From: Eledone cirrhosa
Taxonomy: Eukaryota
Reading direction: 5' to 3'
DNA length: 64,000 nt
NCBI GenBank assembly: GCA_964016885.1
Contig: OZ024741.1
Location: 135,470,001 to 135,534,000 of the forward strand
Below, in pieces: positions 1 through 13,000 of this stretch. Position 1 is the first letter of the stretch; the number at the start of each line of letters is the position of its first letter. Made by a program: the position numbers and the translations under genes. The notes beneath the pieces are model-generated. The model saw nothing but the letters and a program-made list of their open reading frames with translations, did no database searches and was not told where the DNA came from.

Positions 1-335
1 CCTCTACCGCAACTATAACGAAGGCGCTTGGCGTAGGGTATTGGACATACGATCGAAATACAGTGCGTTTGATTTTGGGTGCGGCTGCTGCGCTATACAA
101 CAGAAAAACGGACGAAACACAGGACAGTCTCTTATCATCAATCGACCTCTGGAGGTACTTGAGATTCAGTGCATTAAGGTCGTTATTACTAATTCCTGTG
201 CACCTAGGACAGTAATAAATTGAGACAAGACAAGACTATTTACAACTAAACTAAATTATACTAAAATAAAATGAAATTTACAAGAGGACAATGTGCTGCA
301 ACTCAAAATATTTCGTTGTCTTCGTCCAACATTTT

Positions 336-386
<51 letters not shown>

Positions 387-388
387 TA

Positions 389-2002
389 TAGGAACGAGTA
401 GGACCCCGACGGCTGAGCTCAAGCCGTTTCGACGGCTAATTCTGGACTAAATGAACATTTTTATCCTGGTACATGAATAGCCGAGCTTCTCAGGGGGGTA
501 ATTCCATATATGGTAAAAGTGATTGTCACAAGGATTGGTCAAAGGTTTGTTATTGAGACACATAATTCTATCATGGCATTTTGTGGAAGGAAGGGGTAGC
601 TGAACTTGCCAGTAGAAGAAACTCCTAAACAAGAAAGACGAACTGGTAACTGCATGCAAACACAGATTGCGTAGGACTTACCTCGCCCTCAAACCCCATA
701 ATGCTCCGGGGGGGGGGGGGGGGAGGTAGACAAGGGCTGTAACACCCCACTTGCCGACTTTGTAATGGGTAACCCCTGCTTGCAAAGGTAGACGTAAGAT
801 TTTCTTATATATCTTTTTATCGTTTCCTCTATATTTCCTTCTACCCCATCCCTTCCTAGTCCTTTCACCCCAGTTCTCCTTCTTTGTCGTCGTCCTTTTC
901 CCTTTCTCGCCCACCCGAGGCAGCCCTTCGGTCCTTTGTAGCCTCAGTACCCCCACCCCCATCCCCTATTCTATGATAGAATTGGCCGACTCCGCTTTTT
1001 ATAGCAGATGTGATAGACCCCAGTTACTTGCTTTCTTATCCGATGGCTGCCCCATTTCCGTGCTTTCTAGATTTCTTAGTGGTATCTCTGCTTCAGTTTC
1101 TCGTATATCAGTATTTATTTTGGGGGTGGAATTCTGAATTAATATTTTTCGTATCAAATTTTTCATATATATCGTACGAGCATTTATGTAGTTTGTATTA
1201 GAATGTTTGTATCGTTGCGGCACCCTTATATATTGTATTAGTATTCATTTTCGGGATTCTGAATTATTATTTCGTATTAGTTTCGGGACTCCGAATTATT
1301 ATTTCGTAGTAGTTTCTTTAGTATTTTGGTCCCCTACTTGTTGACCTGTCACTGTAAGATAGATTCGGATGATTACTACTAACTCATAAAATTCTTTCAC
1401 TACAATCTCGTATTTAGTATTCCGTCCCACCTATTAAACTTTTCTATAGTTTAGCAGTACCAGTGAGAGACTTGATGATTGTGGAAGGGGAATAGTAACC
1501 AGAAATTGTTTTTTTATATTTTTAACATTCTTATTAATCTTTTATATATTTACTCCATATTGATTTACTTATTGTTTCGACTTCCTCCCCCTCCCACTCC
1601 CTAGTATACTTTCTCAACCTCTTATCCTTAGGATCCTTCTGTAGTTGGCACTATCAACGCACGACTGGGTTTCCTCCACTCCCTCTCCCTCTTTCTTCTA
1701 CTGGCAAGTTCAGCTACCCCTTCCTTCCACAAAATGCCATGATAAAATTATGTGTCTCAACAACAAACTTTTGACCAATCCTTGTGACAATCACTTTTAC
1801 CATATATGGAATTACCCCCTGAGAAGCTCGGCTATTCATGTACCAGGATAAAAATGTTCATTTAGTCCAGAATTAGCCGTCGAAACGGCTTGAGCTCAGC
1901 CGTCGGGGTCCTACTCGTTCCTATCACCCACTCTACTATCCTAAGTATTGAGTACTTTGGTGCGTTATGGTCCATCTGGTTCCTTACCACATTTCCTTCG
2001 TT
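389..2002 (+). mobile_element. 5'-truncated Penelope-like element with an inverted 5' arm, inserted in (TA)n
   Basis: 389-621 is the reverse complement of ~1692-1923. An unpaired ~80-bp tail follows (1924-2002), and both ends abut (TA)n. 619-700 translates KLLNKKDELVTACKHRLRRTYLAL, matching the LLNKRSELxxxCRH C-terminus of one PLE endonuclease type (probably the Hydra clade). Confidence 0.8.
1814..1909 (+). ncRNA. Variant type I hammerhead-like motif with an expanded stem II
   Basis: ACCCC-CTGAGAA-gctCGGCTA...TAGCCGtc-GAAA-CGGCT(tgagctc)AGCCG-TC-GGGGT. Stems I, II and III all pair and the cleavage triplet is GUC, but the core deviates from CUGANGA. A mirror copy lies at ~403-499 (-). Confidence 0.6.
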
Positions 2003-2164
2003 ATATATATATATATATATATATATATAATGGTTTGTAACATTACGTAACTATTGGTTCAATAACCTCAGCACTCAATGCGTAGGTAGGTCCATTTTAG
2101 TATAGTATACGGTATTATACGTTTGGTGTTATACTATGGTGTCTCCTTTACAAGCAGAGTGTTA

Positions 2165-2381
2165 ATAGTAATAATTGTTTCTACTTTAGGCACAAGGCCA
2201 GCAATTAGGGGGAGGAGAATGTCTATTAAATCGACCCAGTGCATTACTGGTACTTTATGTTATCGACCCCGTAAGGATGAAAGGCAAAGTCAACCTCGGT
2301 GGGATTTCAACTCAGATCGTAAAGGGACGTAACTATGCTAGAAAGCATGGCGTCCGACCCTCTACCGATACTGCCAATCCA
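2165..2381 (-). mobile_element. tRNA-derived SINE, family A (Nin/Deu-like central domain)
   Basis: The minus strand has an A-box-like TGGCAGTATCGG and a B-box-like GAGTTgAAATCC, then GCCTTTCATCC...GGGGTCGATAA...AAAGTACCAG and an (ATT)n-like tail. Many copies occur in the window. Confidence 0.8.
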
Positions 2382-2391
2382 ATAGTAATAA

Positions 2392-2537
2392 TGAGTAGGA
2401 ACGAGGTGTCAAAGTATCATCAGTAAATTTATTCAGGTGTAATTGATCAGCTTAATGAAACACATGAATAAACTTAATAATGATACTTTGATACTTAATC
2501 ATTAAGGAATCTATTGTGATGCCTTGTTCCTACTCAC
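2392..2537. repeat. Degenerate foldback (inverted-repeat) element, probable PLE-end remnant
   Basis: GAGTAGGAACGAGGTGTCA pairs with TGATGCCTTGTTCCTACTC, and TCAAAGTATCAT..TTTATTCAGGTGT pairs with ACACATGAATAAAC..ATGATACTTTGA. CTGATGA is on the minus strand and (TA)n is adjacent. Confidence 0.55.
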
Positions 2538-2687
2538 TCATATATATATATATATATCCAGGGAGTGTAAAGCGAAGTTACAGTAGGTTCACCCAGGTGA
2601 GCACTCGATGTTTAGGTTCATGTTAGTAGCGAGGTGTAGAGCTAGGCAAAGTGTAATATAATAATACAATAATACAACAATGTGTAT

Positions 2688-2724
<37 letters not shown>

Positions 2725-4036
2725 TTGTGTGTGTATAAACAAAGAAGAACATTCATGCATTCATAGACCTTTAAGATATATCTACACCCATACATATCAC
2801 GTACATGCACACAAAGTAATACGCATGAAAATATACAAAACACCCAATGCGTATATATGAATCTATACACACGTACAGATCTAGATATAGTACTTAATGT
2901 ATACCTGAATTCATACAGACATTGTGAATACATATGAATTGCTATATGTGAAGGAATTGCGAGACACATATCAAGGCTTAATTGTAATGTCGGGCAACGA
3001 GCCAGCAGGTACTACATTCGTGCACATAATCTTTTCATCGAATTATATTGGAATATTTAGCTCTTCAGGCTTCGCTGTGGGTCAAGTGATGTTTCTGACC
3101 TCTTCAGATTACACACAAGAACAGTATAACATTATCAATGATAGCCATTGTATATCCTGATAACTGAGAACCTAGAAATATCCACTTTTACGTGATAATA
3201 AGTTTTCACATGTACGCTCACACACGTATAAGTGAAAGGGTATTTATTGTTTATGAAATGGAGTGAGTTTCCTAACATATGAAGAATACATAATAAACAT
3301 ATGCACTGCACACTTGTACGGATGTACATTTTTAGGCATGTATGCATCGCACACACACATACACAGCACTCATATGCATCGCCCACCCGTATGCATACAC
3401 ATATTCACGCATGCTTACATCGCACACACGTAGGCATACAGACATTCACGTACGCATACGCACATGTTCTGTGCACACACCGTACACACGCTCCATACGC
3501 AAGCACCGAAATATATATCAGCATACGATGTCTTACTTATGTAAATATTAAATCGATGATATAAGAGGATTAATACACATAAGAATACACACGCAAAACA
3601 CAATCATACACACACTCTCACACATTCATGCATGTATAATGCATACTTGTATGTGTACACACACACACGCACACATACACATATATATGTATGTATCTAT
3701 ATATATATATATATGTGTGTGTGTGTGAATGTATTTATGTATATGTATGTATATATATAATCTCTCTCTATATATATATTAGCAGATGTTTGTGTATTTG
3801 TATGTCTGCCCATAATGCCAACGAGGGGGTGAGAGGAGAGAGAAAGAAACAGAGAGACAAAATGAGGAAGTGGGTCTTTACTTTTCCTCATTCATCACAA
3901 CGTTTTTCGATAGAGGGAGAAATGTAAATAGTGGGAGTGTGGGAGTTAGTTAGAGGTCAATTATACCTTCATATTGGATCTGGGTTGCCAACTGAAGGCA
4001 AACATCCACAGTTTTTGCAACGATTCTTTCCTCAGA

Positions 4037-7000
4037 CATTCTAACCACCTGCCAATAGTGTCATTCTAACCACATGACAATAGTGTCATTCTAACCACAT
4101 GCCAATAGTGTCACTCTAACCACCTGCCAATAGTGTCATTCTAACCACCTGCCGATAGTGTCATTCTAACCACATGACAATAGTGTCATTCTAACCACCT
4201 GCCAATAGTGTCATTCTAACCACATGCCAATAGTGTCATTCTAACCACCTGCCAATAGTGTCATTCTAACCACCTGCCAATAGTGTCATTCTAACCACAT
4301 GCCAATAGTGTCATTCTAACCACCTGCCAATAGTGTCATTCTAACCACATGCCAATAGTGTCATTCTAACCACCTGCCAATAGTGTCATTCTAACCACAT
4401 GCCAATAGTGTCATTCTAACCACCTGCCAATAGTGTCATTCTAACCACATGCCAATAGTGTCATTCTAACCACCTGCCAATAGTGTCATTCTAACCACAT
4501 GCCAATAGTGTCATTCTAACCACATGACAATAGTGTCATTCTAACCACATGCCAATAGTGTCATTCTAACCACCTGCAAATAGTGTCATTCTAACCACAT
4601 GACAATAGTGTCATTCTAACCACCTGCCAATAGTGTCATTCTAACCACCTGACAATAGTGTCACTCTAACCACCTGCCAATAGTGTCATTCTAACGACAT
4701 GCCAATAGTGTCATTCTAACCACCTGCCAATAGTGTCATTCTAACCACATGCCAATAGTGTCATTCTAACCACCTGCCAATAGTGTCATTCTAACCACAT
4801 GCCAATAGTGTCATTCTAACCACCTGCCAATAGTGTCATTCTAACCACATGCCAATAGTGTCATTCTAACCAGCTGCCAATAGTGTCATTCTAACCACAT
4901 GCCAATAGTGTCATTCTAACCACATGACAATAGTGTCACTTTAACCACCTGCCAATAGTGTCACTCTAACCACATGCCAATAGTGTCATTCTAACCACCT
5001 GCCAATAGTGTCATTCTAACCACATGCCAATAGTGTCACTCTAACCACATGACAATAGTGTCATTCTAACCACATGCCAATAGTGTCATTCTAACCACCT
5101 GCCAATAGTGTCATTCTAACCACATGACAATAGTGTCACTTTAACCACCTGCCAATAGTGTCACTCTAACCACATGCCAATAGTGTCATTCTAACCACCT
5201 GCCAATAGTGTCATTCTAACCACATGCCAATAGTGTCATTCTAACCACATGACAATAGTGTCACTCTAACCACATGCCAATAGTGTCATTCTAACCACCT
5301 GCCAATAGTGTCATTCTAACCACATGCCAATAGTGTCATTCTAACCACATGACAATAGTGTCATTCTAACCACATGCCAATAGTGTCATTCTAACCACCT
5401 GCCAATAGTGTCATTCTAACCACATGACAATAGTGTCACTTTAACCACCTGCCAATAGTGTCACTCTAACCACATGCCAATAGTGTCATTCTAACCACCT
5501 GCCAATAGTGTCATTCTAACCACATGCCAATAGTGTCATTCTAACCACATGACAATAGTGTCACTCTAACCACCTGCCAATAGTGTCACTCTAACCACAT
5601 GCCAATAGTGTCATTCTAACCACCTGCCAATAGTGTCACTCTAACCACATGCCAATAGTGTCATTCTAACCACCTGCCAATAGTGTCATTCTAACCACCT
5701 GCCAATAGTGTCATTCTAACCACATGCCAATAGTGTCATTCTAACCACATGCCAATAGTGTCATTCTAACCACCTGCCAATAGTGTCATTCTAACCACAT
5801 GACAATAGTGTCATTCTAACCACCTGCCAATAGTGTCATTCTAACCACCTGCCAATAGTGTCACTTTAACCACCTGCCAATAGTGTCACTTTAACCACCT
5901 GCCAATAGTGTCACTTTAACCACCTGCCAATAGTGTCATTCGAACCACATGCCAATAGTGTCACTCTAACCACATGCCAATAGTGTCATTCTAACCACCT
6001 GCCAATAGTGTCACTGTAACCACCTGCCAATAGTGTCATTCGAACCACATGCCAATAGTGTCACTCTAACCACATGCCAATAGTGTCACTCTAACCACCT
6101 GCCAATAGTGTCATTCGAACCACATGCCAATAGTGTCACTTTAACCACCTGCCAATAGTGTCACTCTAACCACCTGCCAATAGTGTCACTTTAACCACCT
6201 GCCAATAGTGTCATTCGAACCACCTGCCAATAGTGTCACTGTAACCACCTGCCAATAGTGTCATTCTAACCACATGCCAATAGTGTCACTCTAACCACAT
6301 GCCAATAGTGTCACTCTAACCACATGCCAATAGTGTCACTCTAACCACATGCCAATAGTGTCATTCTAACCACATGCCATTAATGTCATTCTAACCACAT
6401 GCCAATAGTGTCATTCTAACCACATGCCAATAGTGTCACTTTAACCACCTGCCAATAGTGTCACTTTAACCACATGCCAATAGTGTCACTTTAACCACCT
6501 GGCAATTGTGTCATTCTAACCACATGCCAATAGTGTCATTCTAACCACATGCCAATAATGTCATTCTAACCACCTGCCAATAGTGTCACTCTAACCACAT
6601 GCCAATAGTGTCATTCTAACCACCTGCCAATAGTGTCACTCTAACCACCTGCCAATAGTGTCATTCTAACCACATGCCAATAGTGTCATTCTAACCACCT
6701 GCCAATAGTGTCATTCTAACCACATGCCAATAGTGTCATTCTAACCACCTGCCAATAGTGTCATTCTAACCACATGCCAATAGTGTCATTCTAACCACCT
6801 GCCAATAGTGTCATTCTAACCACATGCCAATAGTGTCATTCTAACCAGCTGCCAATAGTGTCATTCTAACCACATGCCAATAGTGTCATTCTAACCACAT
6901 GACAATAGTGTCATTCTAACCACATGCCAATAGTGTCATTCTAACCACCTGCCAATAGTGTCATTCTAACCACATGACAATAGTGTCATTCTAACCACCT

Positions 7001-10000
7001 GCCAATAGTGTCATTCTAACCACCTGCCAATAGTGTCACTCTAACCACATGCCAATAGTGTCATTCTAACCACATGCCAATAGTGTCATTCTAACCACCT
7101 GCCAATAGTGTCACTCTAACCACCTGCCAATAGTGTCATTCTAACCACCTGCCAATAGTGTCACTCTAACCACCTGCCAATAGTGTCACTCTAATCACCT
7201 GCCAATAGTGTCATTCTAACCACATGCCAATAGTGTCACTCTAACCACCTGCCAATAGTGTCATTCTAACCACCTGCCAATAGTGTCACTCTAACCACCT
7301 GCCAATAGTGTCACTCTAACCACCTGCCAATAGTGTCATTCTAACCACCTGCCAATAGTGTCACTCTAACCACCTGCCAATAGTGTCACTCTAATCACCT
7401 GCCAATAGTGTCATTCTAACCACATGCCAATAGTGTCACTCTAACCACCTGCCAATAGTGTCATTCTAACCACCTGCCAATAGTGTCACTCTAACCACCT
7501 GCCAATAGTGTCATTCTAACCACCTGCCAATAGTGTCATTCTAACCACCTGCCAATAGTGTCACTCTAACCACCTGCCAATAGTGTCACTCTAACCACCT
7601 GCCAATAGTGTCACTCTAACCACCTGCCAATAGTGTCACTCTAACCACATGCCAATAGTGTCACTCTAACCACCTGCCAATAGTGTCACTTTAACCACCT
7701 ACCAATAGTGTCACTCTAACCACCTGCCAATAGTGTCACTTTAACCACCTGCCAATAGTGTCATTCTAACCACCTGCCAATAGTGTCATTCTAACCACAT
7801 GCCAATAGTGTCATTCTAACCACATGCCAATAGTGTCATTCTAACCACCTGCCAATAGTGTCACTCTAACCACCTGCCAATAGTGTCACTCTAACCACCT
7901 CCCAATAGTGTCACTTTAATTACCTGCCAATAGTGTCACTCTAACCACATGCCAATAGTGTCACTCTAACCACATGCCAATAGTGTCACTCTAACCACCT
8001 GCCAATAGTGTCATTCTAACCACCTGCCAATAGTGTCATTCTAACCACATGACAATAGTGTCATTCTAACCACCTGCCAATAGTGTCACTTTAACCACCT
8101 GCCAATAGTGTCATTCTAACCACATGCCAATAGTGTCATTCTAACCACCTGCCAATAGTGTCATTCTAACCACCTGCCAATAGTGTCATTCTAACCACCT
8201 GCCAATAGTGTCATTCTAACCACCTGCCAATAGTGTCATTCTAACCACCTGCCAATAGTGTCATTCTAACCACCTGCCAATAGTGTCATTCTAACCACCT
8301 GCCAATAGTGTCACTCTAACCACATGCCAATAGTGTCATTCTAACCACATGCCAATAGTGTCATTCTAACCACCTGCCAATAGTGTCACTCTAACCACCT
8401 GCCAATAGTGTCATTCGAACCACCTGCCAATAGTGTCACTGTAACCACCTGCCAATAGTGTCATTCTAACCACATGCCAATAGTGTCACTCTAACCACAT
8501 GCCAATAGTGTCACTCTAACCACATGCCAATAGTGTCACTCTAACCACATGCCAATAGTGTCATTCTAACCACATGCCATTAATGTCATTCTAACCACAT
8601 GCCAATAGTGTCATTCTAACCACATGCCAATAGTGTCACTTTAACCACCTGCCAATAGTGTCACTTTAACCACTTGCCAATAGTGTCACTTTAACCACCT
8701 GGCAATAGTGTCATTCTAACCACATGCCAATAGTGTCATTCTAACCACATGCCAATAATGTCATTCTAACCACCTGCCAATAGTGTCACTCTAACCACAT
8801 GCCAATAGTGTCATTCTAACCACCTGCCAATAGTGTCACTCTAACCACCTGCCAATAGTGTCATTCTAACCACATGCCAATAGTGTCATTCTAACCACCT
8901 GCCAATAGTGTCATTCTAACCACATGCCAATAGTGTCATTCTAACCACCTGCCAATAGTGTCATTCTAACCACATGCCAATAGTGTCATTCTAACCACCT
9001 GCCAATAGTGTCATTCTAACCACATGCCAATAGTGTCATTCTAACCAGCTGCCAATAGTGTCATTCTAACCACATGCCAATAGTGTCATTCTAACCACAT
9101 GACAATAGTGTCATTCTAACCACATGCCAATAGTGTCATTCTAACCACCTGCCAATAGTGTCATTCTAACCACATGACAATAGTGTCATTCTAACCACCT
9201 GCCAATAGTGTCATTCTAACCACCTGCCAATAGTGTCACTCTAACCACATGCCAATAGTGTCATTCTAACCACATGCCAATAGTGTCATTCTAACCACCT
9301 GCCAATAGTGTCACTCTAACCACCTGCCAATAGTGTCATTCTAACCACCTGCCAATAGTGTCACTCTAACCACCTGCCAATAGTGTCACTCTAATCACCT
9401 GCCAATAGTGTCATTCTAACCACATGCCAATAGTGTCACTCTAACCACCTGCCAATAGTGTCATTCTAACCACCTGCCAATAGTGTCACTCTAACCACCT
9501 GCCAATAGTGTCACTCTAACCACCTGCCAATAGTGTCATTCTAACCACCTGCCAATAGTGTCACTCTAACCACCTGCCAATAGTGTCACTCTAATCACCT
9601 GCCAATAGTGTCATTCTAACCACATGCCAATAGTGTCACTCTAACCACCTGCCAATAGTGTCATTCTAACCACATGCCAATAGTGTCACTCTAACCACCT
9701 GCCAATAGTGTCATTCTAACCACCTGCCAATAGTGTCATTCTAACCACCTGCCAATAGTGTCACTCTAACCACCTGCCAATAGTGTCACTCTAACCACCT
9801 GCCAATAGTGTCACTCTAACCACCTGCCAATAGTGTCACTCTAACCACATGCCAATAGTGTCACTCTAACCACCTGCCAATAGTGTCACTTTAACCACCT
9901 ACCAATAGTGTCACTCTAACCACCTGCCAATAGTGTCACTTTAACCACCTGCCAATAGTGTCATTCTAACCACCTGCCAATAGTGTCATTCTAACCACAT

Positions 10001-13000
10001 GCCAATAGTGTCATTCTAACCACATGCCAATAGTGTCATTCTAACCACCTGCCAATAGTGTCACTCTAACCACCTGCCAATAGTGTCACTCTAACCACCT
10101 CCCAATAGTGTCACTTTAATTACCTGCCAATAGTGTCACTCTAACCACATGCCAATAGTGTCACTCTAACCACATGCCAATAGTGTCACTCTAACCACCT
10201 GCCAATAGTGTCATTCTAACCACCTGCCAATAGTGTCATTCTAACCACATGACAATAGTGTCATTCTAACCACCTGCCAATAGTGTCACTTTAACCACCT
10301 GCCAATAGTGTCATTCTAACCACATGCCAATAGTGTCATTCTAACCACCTGCCAATAGTGTCATTCTAACCACCTGCCAATAGTGTCATTCTAACCACCT
10401 GCCAATAGTGTCATTCTAACCACCTGCCAATAGTGTCATTCTAACCACCTGCCAATAGTGTCATTCTAACCACCTGCCAATAGTGTCATTCTAACCACCT
10501 GCCAATAGTGTCACTCTAACCACATGCCAACAGTGTCATTCTAACCACATGCCAATAGTGTCATTCTAACCACCTGCCAATAGTGTCACTCTAACCACCT
10601 GCCAATAGTGTCACTCTAACCACCTGCCAATAGTGTCACTTTAACCACCTGCCAATAGTGTCACTCTAACCACATGCCAATAGTGTCACTCTAACCACAT
10701 GCCAATAGTGTCACTCTAACCACCTGCCAATAGTGTCATTCTAACCACCTGCCAATAGTGTCATTCTAACCACATGACAATAGTGTCATTCTAACCACCT
10801 GCCAATAGTGTCACTCTAACCACCTGCCAATAGTGTCATTCTAACCACCTGCCAATAGTGTCATTCTAACCACCTGCCAATAGTGTCATTCTAACCACCT
10901 GCCAATAGTGTCATTCTAACCACCTGCCAATAGTGTCATTCTAACCACCTGCCAATAGTATTATTCTAACCACCTGCCAATAGTGTCATTCTAACCACCT
11001 GCCAATAGTGTCACTCTAACCACATGCCAATAGTGTCATTCTAACCACCTGCCAATAGTGTCATTCTAACCACCTGCCAATAGTGTCATTCTAACCACCT
11101 GCCAATAGTGTCATTCTAACCACATGCCAATAGTGTCACTCTAACCACATGCCAATAGTGTCATTCTAACCACATGCCAATAGTGTCACTCTAACCACCT
11201 GCCAATAGTGTCACTCTAATCACCTGCCAATAGTGTCATTCTAACCACGTGCCAATAGTGTCACTCTAACCACCTGCCAATAGTGTCATTCTAACCACCT
11301 GCCAATAGTGTCACTCTAACCACCTGCCAATAGTGTCACTCTAACCACCTGCCAATAGTGTCATTCTAACCACCTGCCAATAGTGTCACTCTAACCACCT
11401 GCCAATAGTGTCACTCTAACCACCTGCCAATAGTGTCACTCTAACCACCTGCCAATAGTGTCACTCTAACCACATGCCAATAGTGTCACTCTAACCACCT
11501 GCCAATAGTGTCACTTTAACCACCTGCCAATAGTGTCACTCTAACCACCTGCCAATAGTGTCACTTTAACCACCTGCCAATAGTGTCATTCTAACCACCT
11601 GCCAATAGTGTCACTCTAACCACATGCCAATAGTGTCATTCTAACCACATGCCAATAGTGTCATTCTAACCACCTGCCAATAGTGTCACTCTAACCACCT
11701 GCCAATAGTGTCACTCTAACCACCTGCCAATAGTGTTACTTTAACCACCTGCCAATAGTGTCACTCTAACCACATGCCAATAGTGTCACTCTAACCACAT
11801 GCCAATAGTGTCACTCTAACCACCTGCCAATAGTGTCGTTCTAACCACCTGCCAATAGTGTCATTCTAACCACATGACAATAGTGTCATTCTAACCACCT
11901 GCCAATAGTGTCACTTTAACCACCTGCCAATAGTGTCATTCTAACCACATGCCAATAGTGTCATTCTAACCACCTGCCAATAGTGTCATTCTAACCACCT
12001 GCCAATAGTGTCATTCTAACCACCTGCCAATAGTGTCATTCTAACCACCTGCCAATAGTGTCATTCTAACCACCTGCCAATAGTGTCACTCTAACCACAT
12101 GCCAATAGTGTCACTCTAACCACCTGCCAATAGTGTAATTCTAACCACCTGCCAATAGTGTCATTCTAACCACCTGCCAATAGTGTCATTCTAACCACCT
12201 GCCAATAGTGTCATTCTAACCACCTGCCAATAGTGTCATTCTAACCACCTGCCAATAGTGTCACTCTAACCACATGCCAATAGTGTCATTCTAACCACAT
12301 GCCAATAGTGTCATTCTAACCACCTGCCAATAGTGTCACTCTAACCACCTGCCAATAGTGTCACTCTAACCACCTGCCAATAGTGTCACTTTAACCACCT
12401 GCCAATAGTGTCACTCTAACCACATGCCAATAGTGTCACTCTAACCACATGCCAATAGTGTCACTCTAACCACCTGCCAATAGTGTCATTCTAACCACCT
12501 GCCAATAGTGTCATTCTAACCACATGACAATAGTGTCATTCTAACCACCTGCCAATAGTGTCACTCTAACCACCTGCCAATAGTGTCATTCTAACCACCT
12601 GCCAATAGTGTCATTCTAACCACCTGCCAATAGTGTCATTCTAACCACCTGCCAATAGTGTCATTCTAACCACCTGCCAATAGTGTCATTCTAACCACCT
12701 GCCAATAGTGTTATTCTAACCACCTGCCAATAGTGTCATTCTAACCACCTGCCAATAGTGTCACTCTAACCACATGCCAATAGTGTCATTCTAACCACCT
12801 GCCAATAGTGTCATTCTAACCACCTGCCAATAGTGTCATTCTAACCACCTGCCAATAGTGTCATTCTAACCACATGCCAATAGTGTCACTCTAACCACAT
12901 GCCAATAGTGTCATTCTAACCACCTGCCAATAGTGTCACTCTAACCACCTGCCAATACTGTCATTCTAACCACCTGCCAATAGTGTCATTCTAACCACCT

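Noticed and set aside
300-340. Minus-strand HHR remnant (GACGAAGACAACGAAATATT)
   Set aside because: The core and stems are too degenerate to support a call.
447-1851. Duplicated 'genes' 447-659(-)/1645-1851(+), and likewise 56505/57602 and 60188/61891
   Set aside because: They are chance ORFs in PLE inverted arms with no protein motifs.
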